A stretch of DNA of 43,936 bases from Prevotellaceae bacterium (GTDB lineage Bacteria; Bacteroidota; Bacteroidia; Bacteroidales; UBA932). Under the pieces are notes generated by a model. That model did no database searches. It was given only the letters and a program-made list of their open reading frames with translations, and was not told the origin of the DNA. The translations under genes and the position numbers were made by a program. This document shows positions 8,654 to 18,242 of the stretch, one piece after another (position 1 is the first letter of the stretch; each line of letters opens with the position of its first letter). The stretch spans positions 1 to 43,936 of the forward strand of contig JAIROF010000173.1 of NCBI GenBank assembly GCA_031257655.1. Reading direction: 5' to 3'.

Positions 8654-11200
8654 ATGAAACCAGCAGCCAAAATAGTTGCCATAATATTCTGTATAACAAC
8701 AATATGCATCATCATAAGCGTTGCGCTGACGGTTATTTACCGCAACGATATTGTCAACGCAGCGCTGGAGGCCGCTGCAAAAAATAACGAGCTGTATTTC
8801 AAATCGCAAAGCATCGAGGTCAAGTTTTCCATGAGCCTGAGAAATACAGCCTTGCTCTTTGGCCATGTTGACGTGCACAGCCGGCAAGGCGTATCCGCTG
8901 TAGGCGTTGCGCTACAGGCCGAAACGCTTCGCGTGGAGGTAGACTTGCTGCACTTTGCGGTGCACCGGGAAATAAAGGTAAAAAAGCTGCTGGTGCAGGA
9001 CGGCGAGCTCACGCTGCGCTTACCCCCGCGCCGGCGCAGGCGCCCCGCTGCTTCGCCCCCCATGCCCGACACCGAAGCCCTGCTGCACGGGCTGCGCCGC
9101 ATACAGCTCGAGCGCTGCCGGGTGAAGGTGGAGAGGGGCGCCGGCCGCAGCGTGGCGGTGGAGGTTAAAACGCTCGGCGCAGGCTTAGGGCACGACAAGG
9201 AGGCGCTAACCCTGCACCTGAAAAGCGCGCTGACGGTGCAGGTATCGGAAAATCAAAAGCCGGAGCAGGCCTCCGCAGCGGTTTCGGTAGACCTGCGGGG
9301 GCGCCTTGCGCAGGGCGTGGCAACCGTTACGGGCTGCGCGCTCAGCGTAAACGGCGTTGCGCTGGAGGCTACGGGAAGCGCGGCGCTGCGCCCGCCGGGA
9401 GAGGTGCGCCTGAGCGTTACCGGAAAAAGCTTGTCGATTGAGCGCGCCGTTGGCCAGGTGCGCAAATACGTCGCCTTCGACGCCCCCGAGCGCCTGAGCG
9501 GTCGCGCCGACGTTCGCGTTCGCCTCGCCGGAAGCCTCGCCGAGAAAGCCACCCTGAGCCTCGCCGGAAGCGGTACGGCGCACAACGTGGCGCTTAAGCT
9601 TAAGGGCGTGGAGGAAATAAGCGCAAAAAAGCTGCGCTACAGCCTCACCTGCAGCGACGTAAAAAATTTGCAGTCGTACGCCTGCGCCATCGGCAGCGAC
9701 GGGGTTTCCTGCGGGGGCTTTCGCTTCGACGGCGAGGGCGCCATCCGCAGCTTCAAAGCGCCGCTGTACGAGGTTAACGCCGGCTTTTCGGGCAACGTGG
9801 CGGCGCTCAAGGTGGAGAACCTGCTCGAGGGCCAGGTGGAGGGGACGGCGCAGGTGCGCGCCAGGGATTGGAGCGGCGAGGGCGTTGAGGCGTTCAGCGT
9901 GCAGGCAAGCCTGAGCAACCTCAAGGTGCGGCTCCAAAAAGAGGTGTACACGCTCAGCGGGCAGCTCAGCGCAGACGAAAGCACGCTCCGCTCCCAGCTC
10001 AACGTTGCCGGCTCCGCCGTAGAAGGCGCCCTCGACGCAACGGCGCAAGGCTACCTGGCGGCGCTGACGGGTAAGCGCAAAGAGGGAGCGCCAAAAATTC
10101 GCGCAACCCTCACCGCCAAACACCTCAACATCGACACGCTGCTGGCGCAGGGCCACAGCTCGGCGTCCGGCCTCAACATCGGCGCCACCCTCAACGCGCA
10201 GGTAGACGAGCTGACCGCGTTTGGCTACCTGTACAAAAATGTCTCCGGCGTGGTGGACTACTCCGCCCGCAGCTTAGCGGTCAACAAGCTGCGCGCCGAA
10301 GCGTTCGACGGTACGCTGGGGGGCGACGTAAAGCTGTACGCCGCCGCCGGCAAAAGCGGCCGGCTGGGCTGCGACTTGTACTTCAACGGCGTACAGCTGG
10401 AGAGCCTACCCTACCTGCACAAGGCGCTGAACGTAAAGCCCGGCAGCATGCAGGGCAAGTGCAGCGGCGCCATCACGCTCGCCTCCGACGTGGGAGGCAA
10501 CGGGCCGAACATGGACAACCTGAGCGCTACCGTAAACTTTACCGTGAGCAGCGGACGGCTGCTGAAGTTCGCGCCCGTGCAGCCGCTCTCGGCCTACCTC
10601 AAAAAATCGCTCCTGCAGGACATTCGGTTTTCGGCCCTCCAAAACACCGTGAGCCTCGAAAAAGGCAAAATCACCATCCCAAAAATGGAGGTGCGCTCTA
10701 CGGCGCTCAACGCAATCATTGCCGGAACGCAGGAGCTGAAGGGCGACTTTGACTACCACATAACGCTATACCTCAACGAGCTGCTGTCCAAAAAAGAAAA
10801 GGACATCGAAAACCCGATAAAGGAAAATAAAACGAAGCTCTTCCTGCGCTTTACGGCCAAAAATGGGGTGACCGAGGTGCACCACGACGCGCGCGAGTGG
10901 AGCAAAAACATGGAGAAAAAGGTGCTCCGCGAGGCGCAGGAAGTAAAGAGCTTGCTGCGCAGCAGGCATAAAGCGGACAAACCGTCGCAAGCCGTCGCGC
11001 CCAAAACAGAAAAAATCGCCGTGGAGTGGGACGAGGCGGCGGAGCAGAGCGAGGCGGCGGAAACAGACCCGCTGGAGGCGAAATACCCCAACAAAGAGAA
11101 GAAGAAGGAAAAGGAGAAAAGAAAGGAGGAAAAGAAAAACGCACCGGAAAAAGCAAAGCAGCGCTCGGCGGTAGAGGTGGAGTGGGAAGAGGAGGGCTAA
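8654..11200 (+). CDS. AsmA-family-like envelope protein with Lys/Glu-rich C-terminal tail
   Basis: I place the start at ATG 8654 (MKPAAKIVAIIFCITTICIIISVALTV, an N-terminal TM anchor). The track ORF start at 8237 overlaps bactofilin on the opposite strand. The body is long and beta-rich. The AsmA_2-like end is GKITIPKMEVRSTALNAIIAGTQELKGDFDYHITL. A charged tail follows (KEKKKEKEKRKEEKK). Confidence 0.55.
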   Translation: MKPAAKIVAIIFCITTICIIISVALTVIYRNDIVNAALEAAAKNNELYFKSQSIEVKFSMSLRNTALLFGHVDVHSRQGVSAVGVALQAETLRVEVDLLHFAVHREIKVKKLLVQDGELTLRLPPRRRRRPAASPPMPDTEALLHGLRRIQLERCRVKVERGAGRSVAVEVKTLGAGLGHDKEALTLHLKSALTVQVSENQKPEQASAAVSVDLRGRLAQGVATVTGCALSVNGVALEATGSAALRPPGEVRLSVTGKSLSIERAVGQVRKYVAFDAPERLSGRADVRVRLAGSLAEKATLSLAGSGTAHNVALKLKGVEEISAKKLRYSLTCSDVKNLQSYACAIGSDGVSCGGFRFDGEGAIRSFKAPLYEVNAGFSGNVAALKVENLLEGQVEGTAQVRARDWSGEGVEAFSVQASLSNLKVRLQKEVYTLSGQLSADESTLRSQLNVAGSAVEGALDATAQGYLAALTGKRKEGAPKIRATLTAKHLNIDTLLAQGHSSASGLNIGATLNAQVDELTAFGYLYKNVSGVVDYSARSLAVNKLRAEAFDGTLGGDVKLYAAAGKSGRLGCDLYFNGVQLESLPYLHKALNVKPGSMQGKCSGAITLASDVGGNGPNMDNLSATVNFTVSSGRLLKFAPVQPLSAYLKKSLLQDIRFSALQNTVSLEKGKITIPKMEVRSTALNAIIAGTQELKGDFDYHITLYLNELLSKKEKDIENPIKENKTKLFLRFTAKNGVTEVHHDAREWSKNMEKKVLREAQEVKSLLRSRHKADKPSQAVAPKTEKIAVEWDEAAEQSEAAETDPLEAKYPNKEKKKEKEKRKEEKKNAPEKAKQRSAVEVEWEEEG

Positions 11201-11356
11201 GCAGATTCGGCCTTCGCAAGCTGCCTAACTTGTTAAATATAAATATTTTACAAAAATATTGCTGTTGCAAAGCAATAAAAATCGGCGTTTTTGCGTTATA
11301 CCATTCTGCAAGACAGACAGCTTGCGCAACATGAATTACGAAATACGAAATTATTC

Positions 11357-12517
11357 ATGAAAAAGATTAAATACATATTCTACAATAAATTTTTTATTAT
11401 CATCCTTGCTGCGGTGGCAGCGTCGTACTCCATCGTTGTCAGCCAGCGGTTTATCAACGAAGTTGCCGAAGAGGAGCGGGTAAAGGTAGAGCTGTGGGCC
11501 GACGCCATTAAAATCCTCACGCAGGCCGAAGCGCCCTTCGACATCAACTTTGAGTTTATCCACAAGGTGGTGAGCAGCAACACCTCCGTGCCCTGCATCC
11601 TGATGAGCGAAGAAGGCTGCCTGCTTTCGACCAAAAACATAGACTCCACCAGGATCAACACGCCCGAAAAGCTCCGCGCCCAGGTGGAGCGCATGAACAA
11701 GGCCAACGAGCCTATCCGCATCACCTTTGCCGACGGAGACGTTACCCTGATGTACTACGACAGCTCCGCCATACAAAACATGCTCAAGAACTTTCCCTAC
11801 GTGCAGCTCACCGCCATAACGCTGCTGATAACGCTGCTGTACCTCGTCGTCAGCACGGCCAAAAAATCGGAGCATAACATGCTGTGGGTGGGGATGGCAA
11901 GAGAAACCGCCCACCAGCTGGGCACGCCCATAACCTCCATGCTGGGGTGGCTCACCCTGCTTAAGGAAAAGGAGGGCGAAAGCGAAAGCGTGCGGGAGCT
12001 CGAAAAGGACGTCCTCCGCCTGCAAAAAGTAAGCACCAAGTTTGCGCAAATCGGCGTGAAGGAAAATGCGCAGAGCGTGGACATTGTGCAGGTGGCCAGA
12101 AACAGCATGGACTACGTGCGCTACCGCGCATCAAAAAACGTAGCCCTGATAGACAACACCTGCGGCCTCTCCGTAAACGCCAAGGTCAACGCCATGCTCT
12201 GGGAGTGGGTGGTAGAAAACCTGCTCCGAAACGCGCTCGACGCCATCGGCGCAAGCAGCGGAACAATAAAAATTTCGGCGCAAAGAGCCGGAAAAAAAGT
12301 CGCGATAGACGTGATGGACAGCGGCCGAGGAATACCCTCAAAAAAGCTCTACAAAAAAATATTCACCCCAGGATACACCTCCAAAACCAGGGGATGGGGG
12401 CTGGGGCTATCCCTCTGCAAGCGCGTGGTAAAGGACATCTACCACGGAAAAATATTCGTGCTCCACTCCGAGCCTAACAAGGGTACAACGATAAGGGTGG
12501 TGATGAAGGCCTCCTAA
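11357..12517 (+). CDS. sensor histidine kinase (two TM segments, HisKA + HATPase_c), no adjacent response regulator
   Basis: Start at ATG 11357 (MKKIKYIFYNKFFIIILAAV). H-box is RETAHQLGTPITSMLGW. N-box is VVENLLRNALDA. G1 is DSGRGIP. G2 is GWGLGLSLCKRVV. Confidence 0.85.
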   Translation: MKKIKYIFYNKFFIIILAAVAASYSIVVSQRFINEVAEEERVKVELWADAIKILTQAEAPFDINFEFIHKVVSSNTSVPCILMSEEGCLLSTKNIDSTRINTPEKLRAQVERMNKANEPIRITFADGDVTLMYYDSSAIQNMLKNFPYVQLTAITLLITLLYLVVSTAKKSEHNMLWVGMARETAHQLGTPITSMLGWLTLLKEKEGESESVRELEKDVLRLQKVSTKFAQIGVKENAQSVDIVQVARNSMDYVRYRASKNVALIDNTCGLSVNAKVNAMLWEWVVENLLRNALDAIGASSGTIKISAQRAGKKVAIDVMDSGRGIPSKKLYKKIFTPGYTSKTRGWGLGLSLCKRVVKDIYHGKIFVLHSEPNKGTTIRVVMKAS

Positions 12518-12740
12518 AAGCGGCGCCGGCGCCCTAAGCGCACACCTGCCGCCCCCACGCTGCAACAGCAAAACAGGAGGAGGTAGCGTCCATGCTCTAC
12601 TGAGGCAAACTTTAATTAGCAGAAAATCAAAGAAATATCAACTTTACGAAGAGCTTGTAGCTGTCTGACACTCAACGAAACATGCTTTTATCTCAGCAAA
12701 GGGAACCTCTAAAACGGATTTTACCTTCTTAAATGCGATT

Positions 12741-12768
12741 TATAGGGCTGAAAGCCCTATAAATTTTT
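12741..12768 (+). terminator. intrinsic terminator-like hairpin
   Basis: TATAGGGCT-GAA-AGCCCTATA gives a 9-bp stem and 3-nt loop, followed by AATTTTTG. It lies 224 nt downstream of the kinase stop. Confidence 0.45.
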
Positions 12769-12813
12769 GCCGAAAATTTTTATCCTTTTGCGTATAATCT
12801 CAAAATTTGATGC

Positions 12814-12821
12814 TAACTTTG
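12814..12821 (+). promoter_or_regulatory. -7 promoter box (TAACTTTG) for the GH43 gene
   Basis: Exact TAnnTTTG, 44 nt upstream of the ATG at 12865. Confidence 0.4.
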
Positions 12822-12864
12822 CGGGGTCTCACAGCTATTTGAACCTTTTAAATTACGTAAGATT

Positions 12865-13860
12865 ATGCTAAAAATGAAGGTAGCCGCCGTTACAGCGCTT
12901 GGCGCCATCGCCATTTCGTGCTCGGCGCCAAAAGAAAAAACCTACCGCAACCCTATTGTTGACGCCAGCTTACCCGACCCGTCGGTGCTCAAAGCCGAGG
13001 ATGGCTACTTCTACCTGTATGCGACGGAAGATATTCGCCATACTCCCGTTTTCCGGTCAAAAAATTTGGTAGACTGGGAGGCCGTTGGCGCCTACTTTTC
13101 GAAGGAAACGCGCCCTGCCTGGGGCGTGGAGGAGGCGGGCATCTGGGCGCCCGACATCAACTATATCCAGGGTAAATACGTGCTCTACTACACGCACGCA
13201 GCGGCGTACTGCCACGGGACGTGCGGCATTGGCGTTGCCGTAGCCGGCAATCCGGCAGGCCCGTTCACCGACATAGGCCCGCTCATCCATGCCGATTCGA
13301 TTGGGGTAAAAAACGCTATCGACCAGTTCTACATCGAGGAGGACGGAAAAAAATACCTCATTTGGGGCAGCTTTGAAGGCATCTACTGCATCGAGCTCGA
13401 AGACAGCGGGCTTGCCTTGAAGGCGGGCGCAGAGAAAAGGCAAATTGTGGGCGGCGGATACGAAGCTTCGTACATCCTGAAGCGGGGCAAGTACTACTAC
13501 TATTTTTCGTCTATCGAGGGTTGCTGCGCCGGCGCAGAAAGCACGTATAAGGTGTCGGTTGGCCGCGCAGATAAGCTGTTTGGCCCTTACCTGAACAAAA
13601 ACGGCGAATCGATGATGGGCTTTTGTCCGAACGTTATCCTGCATGGCGATTCGATTTTTGCCGGGCCAGGGCATAACGCCGAAATCGTGACCGACGACGC
13701 CGGCGACGACTGGCTGCTTTACCACTCTTTTCTGAAGCAAGCCCCCGAAAAAGGGCGCGTCTTGTGCCTGGACAAAATTATTTGGAAAGACGGTTGGCCC
13801 GAAATCGAAGGCGCCGTGCCCTCAAAAGAGGCGAAAGCTCCGGTGTTCAAAAGGAGCTGA
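12865..13860 (+). CDS. glycoside hydrolase family 43 (arabinanase/xylosidase-type), lipoprotein
   Basis: 331-aa ORF. Signal/lipobox is AAVTALGAIAISC. GH43 blades: YRNPIVDASLPDPSVLKAEDGYFYLYATED, GIWAPDINYIQGKYVLYYT, YEASYILKRGKYYYYFSS. Confidence 0.85.
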   Translation: MLKMKVAAVTALGAIAISCSAPKEKTYRNPIVDASLPDPSVLKAEDGYFYLYATEDIRHTPVFRSKNLVDWEAVGAYFSKETRPAWGVEEAGIWAPDINYIQGKYVLYYTHAAAYCHGTCGIGVAVAGNPAGPFTDIGPLIHADSIGVKNAIDQFYIEEDGKKYLIWGSFEGIYCIELEDSGLALKAGAEKRQIVGGGYEASYILKRGKYYYYFSSIEGCCAGAESTYKVSVGRADKLFGPYLNKNGESMMGFCPNVILHGDSIFAGPGHNAEIVTDDAGDDWLLYHSFLKQAPEKGRVLCLDKIIWKDGWPEIEGAVPSKEAKAPVFKRS

Positions 13861-14005
13861 AAGCGGCTGGCAGCAACGCCGCCGCCAGCTTAACTCAAAG
13901 TCCGGCGGCAATACGTTCCCAAACTGCTATCCGGCAGCTACGCATCCTTCTTACGCTAAAATTTTTTTACCCCGGGGCATCCAAGATACGCGCAAATACG
14001 CTATC

Positions 14006-14134
14006 TTTGTGCACGTCAAGACCACAACAATTGTCCATAAGCTTACGATTAAATTGTTTGACAATTTCTTTATGGCTACAAAGATAGCCATTGTACGTTC
14101 GAGTACGGTGTAAGTGCGACAAGCGTGGTCTTGA
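14006..14134 (+). ncRNA. candidate structured small RNA (family unknown)
   Basis: A TATCTTTG -7 box sits at 13992-13999. The 5' segment TCAAGACCAC (14006-14015) is perfectly complementary to GTGGTCTTGA (14115-14124), which is followed by TTTTTATTTT. Internal hairpins are AAATTGT/ACAATTT (14041-14057) and GGCTA/TAGCC (14065-14079). No credible ORF is present. Confidence 0.3.
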
Positions 14135-14174
14135 TTTTTATTTTCGCGCGCTTGAAAAGCTCGCATTTTTCAGC

Positions 14175-14182
14175 TACCTTTG
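14175..14182 (+). promoter_or_regulatory. -7 promoter box (TACCTTTG) for coaX
   Basis: Exact TAnnTTTG, 26 nt upstream of the GTG start at 14208. Confidence 0.4.
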
Positions 14183-14207
14183 CGCTTTTACCCATTACAA
14201 GTAAGCT

Positions 14208-14948
14208 GTGGCAAATTTGGTTATAGACATCGGCAACACAGCGGTGAAGCTGGCTGTGGCAGACCAGGATAGCGTTGTAGAAAAGCTGATGGACGACAGC
14301 GCTTCGTTCAGCGCCGGGCGTTCGTTTTTGGGTCGCCACGGAGGGCTTCCTCGGGCTATCGTATCGTCGGTGCGCGGCGGCGACGACGGGGTTGCCGCAT
14401 TAGTTCGCCGCCTGCTGCCCAACGCCGTGACGCTAACGCCCAAGACGCCCCTCCCCCTCCGCAACCTGTACGCCACGCCCGAAACGCTGGGCAACGACCG
14501 GCTGGCGGCAGCGGTAGGCGCAAGCGTCCGCTTCCCCCGCTGCAACGTGCTGGCGGTAGACGCCGGCACCGCCATCACCTACGAGCTGGTGAGCGAGCGC
14601 GGCGAATACTTGGGGGGCAACATTTCGCCGGGCATCGCCCTGCGGTTCAAGTCGCTGAACGCCTTCACCGCGCGCCTGCCCCTGTGCGGCATAGCCGAGC
14701 AGTACCCTTCGCCGGGCAGCAGCACGCGCGAGGCCATTACGGCGGGAGTGCTCAACGGCGTAGTATACGAAGTGGAAGTTAATATAGAACAATTTACCTT
14801 AAAGTATTCAAATTTAAAGGTGGTTTTCACCGGTGGAGATGCCGATTTCTTGGCAAAACGGGTAAAAAAAGCGACATTTGTGGATTATGACTTAGTGTTA
14901 ATCGGATTAAACAGAATACTTGAGCACTACTATGCTGAAGCTAACTAA
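14208..14948 (+). CDS. coaX: type III pantothenate kinase
   Basis: 246-aa ORF with a GTG start. It has the N-terminal ASKHA phosphate-1 motif LVIDIGNTAVKLAV, then LAVDAGTAITYELV and VVFTGGDA. Confidence 0.85.
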   Translation: MANLVIDIGNTAVKLAVADQDSVVEKLMDDSASFSAGRSFLGRHGGLPRAIVSSVRGGDDGVAALVRRLLPNAVTLTPKTPLPLRNLYATPETLGNDRLAAAVGASVRFPRCNVLAVDAGTAITYELVSERGEYLGGNISPGIALRFKSLNAFTARLPLCGIAEQYPSPGSSTREAITAGVLNGVVYEVEVNIEQFTLKYSNLKVVFTGGDADFLAKRVKKATFVDYDLVLIGLNRILEHYYAEAN

Positions 14949-16206
14949 ATGGATTTTTATAGGGGCGGGGGTTTGCATCGCCAGCTCCGCGCATGCTCAG
15001 GAAAACAGCAGCATCAACACATACTCTCCTTACTCCATGTACGGCTTGGGCGATATTGTGCAGCCGGGGTTTACCGCTACGGGCAACATGGGAGGCATCA
15101 CCACCGGCGTACGCGAAACAAGGCAAATAGACTACGTGAACCCTGCGGGCGCCTCTGCGCGCGATTCCCTTACCTTTGTGCTGGACTTTGGGGGCGAAAT
15201 GAAGAACTTTTACTCAAAAACCGCCAGCCTGAACACCAGCTACAACACGGCCAACTTTCACCACATTGCGATAGCCTTTCCCGTAGGTCGGTTTGGCGTA
15301 AGCGCCGGCATGACGCCCTTTAGCAGCGTAGGCTACGAGATAGAGCAGCGCGACCGGCGCAACGACGTCGTAGCCGGCATGGGCGACGTGCGGTACTTCT
15401 ACCGGGGCGAAAACGGCCTCAACCAGCTGTTCCTCAACCTGGGGTTCAACGCCACCAGCCGCCTGGCGGTGGGAGCAGGCGTGCGCTACCTCTTTGGCAA
15501 CGTTAGCCACTACTACAACACGCTGTTCAACACCAACGCCTACTACGCCAACGTCTACTCGTCCGAAGTCCAGAAAATTTCGGACTTTGTCCCCCTGCTC
15601 GGCGCCCAGTACACCCAGCCGCTCAACGAAAAGCAGCGCTTAGTATTTGGCGCCTCCTGGCAGCCGCAGGTCAGCCTGAGCGGCACGCAAAGCCTGCAAT
15701 CGCAAATACTCTCCAACAGCGGCTACGACACCGTAGCCGCCTCATCCGGTCGCTCCGCCGTGCTGCTGCCCATGCAGCTCAACCTTGGCGCAAGCATCAC
15801 CGCCACCGAAAAGTGGATGCTGGGCGCCGAATTTAACTACCAGGACTGGTCAAAGGTTAAGGTGCTCAACCACACCGACGAGATGGGACGCTCGTACAGC
15901 CTCCGGCTGGGCGGCTACTACATCCCCAACCGCTACGACGTGCGCTACTTCTGGAAGCGCCTCACGTACCGCGGCGGGCTGCGCTACTCTCAAACGCCCC
16001 CGCTGTACAACGGCAATACGGTAACAGACATCGCCCTCAACGCAGGCTTCAGCTTCCCCATGAGGGGCGCGGGCTACCTCCACGCCGGCGTGGAAGCCGG
16101 GCAGCGAGGCTCCACCGCCGGCGGCATGGTGCAGGAGCGCTACATCGCCATTTCGGTAGGCATAACGCTTTTTGAAGCCTGGTTTGTAAAGTACCGGTAC
16201 GAGTGA
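14932..16206 (+). CDS. outer-membrane beta-barrel protein (family not recognised)
   Basis: ATG at 14932 gives the signal peptide MLKLTKWIFIGAGVCIASSAHAQ. The body alternates aromatic and Gly-rich strands (YSPYSMYGLGD, GVRYLFGNVSHYY, LRLGGYYIP). It overlaps the coaX end by 17 nt, and its stop overlaps the lptC GTG (GTGA). Confidence 0.6.
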   Translation: MLKLTKWIFIGAGVCIASSAHAQENSSINTYSPYSMYGLGDIVQPGFTATGNMGGITTGVRETRQIDYVNPAGASARDSLTFVLDFGGEMKNFYSKTASLNTSYNTANFHHIAIAFPVGRFGVSAGMTPFSSVGYEIEQRDRRNDVVAGMGDVRYFYRGENGLNQLFLNLGFNATSRLAVGAGVRYLFGNVSHYYNTLFNTNAYYANVYSSEVQKISDFVPLLGAQYTQPLNEKQRLVFGASWQPQVSLSGTQSLQSQILSNSGYDTVAASSGRSAVLLPMQLNLGASITATEKWMLGAEFNYQDWSKVKVLNHTDEMGRSYSLRLGGYYIPNRYDVRYFWKRLTYRGGLRYSQTPPLYNGNTVTDIALNAGFSFPMRGAGYLHAGVEAGQRGSTAGGMVQERYIAISVGITLFEAWFVKYRYE

Positions 16207-16775
16207 AACCCATCGCCCCATACCCGCCCACGCTCGCCGCGCTGCTGCTGGCCGCACTCGCCTGCGCCTCGTGCAAAAGCAGCATAGAAAGAATCCGAGA
16301 AATCAACGACATCCAGAGCATCCCCTCGCTGCGCATAGAAAACTTGACCGGAAGAATGACCGAGCTGGGAGGCATCAAAGTGCGCTACGCTACCCCCGAG
16401 CTGAGGCAATTCCACTTTGCCGAAGAAAAATATACCGACTTCCCCAAAGGAATAGAGCTGTACCGCTACCTCGATTCGGTAACGGTAGAGGCCAGCGTTG
16501 TGGCCGATTACGCCATCTACTACGACGCAAAAGACCTCTGGGAAGCCACCGGAAACGTGCTGGTCAAAAACATGGAAGGCGACGAGCTGAGCACGGAAAA
16601 GCTCTTTTGGAACCAAAAAACAAAAAAAGTCTACACAGACGCGCTGGTAAAAATTGTAGACACCAAAAAAGGCGCCACCATTTTCGGCAAAGGGCTGATT
16701 TCCGACGAATCGTTTACCGACTACGAGGTACAGGAAATATTCAACAGCGTTATCTACGTTGACGACGAAAAGTGA
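16203..16775 (+). CDS. lptC: LptC-like LPS export periplasmic protein (lipoprotein)
   Basis: 190-aa ORF with a GTG start overlapping the upstream stop. Lipobox is LLAALACASC. OstA/LptC-like strands: EATGNVLVKNMEGDELSTEKLFWNQKTKKVYTDALVKIVDTKKGATIFGKGLISDESFTDYEV. The coaX-OMP-lptC-hemolysin-ppiD context is as I recall it in Bacteroidales. Confidence 0.55.
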   Translation: MKPIAPYPPTLAALLLAALACASCKSSIERIREINDIQSIPSLRIENLTGRMTELGGIKVRYATPELRQFHFAEEKYTDFPKGIELYRYLDSVTVEASVVADYAIYYDAKDLWEATGNVLVKNMEGDELSTEKLFWNQKTKKVYTDALVKIVDTKKGATIFGKGLISDESFTDYEVQEIFNSVIYVDDEK

Positions 16776-16784
16776 GGTTTGACC

Positions 16785-18047
16785 ATGAGCTCCGGATGGG
16801 TGATATTTTCCACGCTACTCTTCTCCGCCTTCCTGGGAGGGCTGGAGGTAGCCTTTCGCTCGTCCAGCAAGCTGAAGGTAGAATTAGACCGGCAGCAGGG
16901 CAAGCTTTACACCCACTTGGCGAGCATCTTCATACGCCGCCCGGGGCAGTTTACCGCCGCCATAGCCACGGGCAACACCGTGGCGCTGGTCATCTACGCC
17001 ATGGCCATGTTTGGCGCGCTGCACGACTGCGGCCTCGCCGAGGGATTTTCGTGGTACGCCCGCTTAGCGGCCAGCGCGCTCATATCCTCGCTCGTGTTCC
17101 TGGTGGCGGGCGACTTTTTGCCGAAAACCATTTGCCGCCTGCGCCCCAACTTCTTCCTCCGCGCCTTTGCCCTCCCCGCCTTTTTTGTATACCTGCTGTG
17201 CTACCCCGTAGCAAGGCTCGCCGCGCGGCTTTCGGCGGCGGTGCCGCGCTACGCCTTCCGCAAAAAGCCCGACGAGCAGGCAGGCGTGGCGACGTTTGAA
17301 AAAAACGAGCTGCAAAACCTGGCCAGCGAGGCAACAGACGCGGCCGAAGAGCCGGAGCGGGAGCACGACATAAAAATTTTTCGCAACGCCCTCGACTTTG
17401 CCGACGTTAAGGTGCGCGAATGCATGGTGCCCCGCACCGAAATAGAGGCCATAGCGCTCAACGAAAGCGTGGAAAACCTCCGAAACCTCTTCGTACAATC
17501 GGGATTTTCGCGCATCCTCGTCTACAGAGGCTCCATCGACAACATCATCGGCTACGTAAAATCTACCGACCTGTTCAAATCCTACGCAAGCATCCGCGAC
17601 ATGCTCATCACGCCGGAGTTTGTGCCGGAAAGCATGTCGGCGCAAAAGCTGCTCGCCGCGCTCATAAAAGACCACAAGTCTATGGCCGTGGTGGTGGACG
17701 AATTTGGCGGCACCGCAGGCATGGTAACGCTCGAAGACGTAATGGAGGAAATCTTTGGGGAGATAGAGGACGAGCACGACCTGGAAAGCCTGCTCGAAAA
17801 AAAGCTCTCCGACAGGGAGTTTCTCCTTGCCGGACGGCTCGAAGTGGCCTACCTCAACGAAAAGTACAACCTCCATATACCGGAATCGGACGAATACGAA
17901 ACCCTCGCCGGGTTCATCATCTTTAGCAGCGAAAGCATCCCCACCGCCGGCGAAACGCTGGAGCTGGACAACTTTAAGGTGCGCATCCTCAAAACCACCG
18001 CGTCGAAAGTAGACTTAGTGCACGTTACGCTCAAGAGCGAAGCGTAA
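16785..18047 (+). CDS. CNNM/hemolysin-family protein (DUF21 TM domain - CBS pair - CorC_HlyC)
   Basis: About 420 aa from ATG 16785 (TTG at 16779 is also possible). It has an N-terminal multi-TM region. The CBS region is VKVRECMVPRTEIEAI...ILVYRGSIDNIIGYV...MAVVVDEFGGTAGMVTLEDVMEEIFGEIEDEHD. The C-terminal transporter-associated domain follows. Confidence 0.85.
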   Translation: MSSGWVIFSTLLFSAFLGGLEVAFRSSSKLKVELDRQQGKLYTHLASIFIRRPGQFTAAIATGNTVALVIYAMAMFGALHDCGLAEGFSWYARLAASALISSLVFLVAGDFLPKTICRLRPNFFLRAFALPAFFVYLLCYPVARLAARLSAAVPRYAFRKKPDEQAGVATFEKNELQNLASEATDAAEEPEREHDIKIFRNALDFADVKVRECMVPRTEIEAIALNESVENLRNLFVQSGFSRILVYRGSIDNIIGYVKSTDLFKSYASIRDMLITPEFVPESMSAQKLLAALIKDHKSMAVVVDEFGGTAGMVTLEDVMEEIFGEIEDEHDLESLLEKKLSDREFLLAGRLEVAYLNEKYNLHIPESDEYETLAGFIIFSSESIPTAGETLELDNFKVRILKTTASKVDLVHVTLKSEA

Positions 18048-18101
18048 AAGCCGGCGGCTGCGCTCATTTACTGCACCAAACCCGCTTTTGCCGCAGCCGC
18101 A

Positions 18102-18123
18102 GGCCCCGCCTTTGGGGCTTTTT
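18102..18123 (+). terminator. weak intrinsic terminator after the CNNM gene
   Basis: GGCCCC-GCCTTT-GGGGC followed by TTTTT. The stem is short (5-6 bp). Confidence 0.35.
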
Positions 18124-18189
18124 GGGCGCCCTTCTACGCAAAATGGCTTAAAAAACCGGATTAGAGATTGCCAATTATAAATAAAGCGT

Positions 18190-18197
18190 TATCTTTG
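18190..18197 (+). promoter_or_regulatory. -7 promoter box (TATCTTTG) for ppiD
   Basis: Exact TAnnTTTG, 46 nt upstream of the ATG at 18243. Confidence 0.4.
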
Positions 18198-18242
18198 CAG
18201 GCTGTCAAAATTATTTATCACCATAAAAAAAATTACTGTAAA

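Noticed and set aside
9206-10156. 316-aa ORF on the - strand; the same applies to 11351-12049, 13057-13740, 17064-17876 and 19299-20225
   Set aside because: All are antisense to well-supported genes (AsmA-like, kinase, GH43, CNNM, ppiD). They show Arg/Ala/Gly/Val-rich shadow composition.
13951-14339. Small - strand ORFs (71 and 87 aa) in the GH43/coaX spacer
   Set aside because: They cross the candidate sRNA hairpins and the coaX promoter and start. They have no coding signature.
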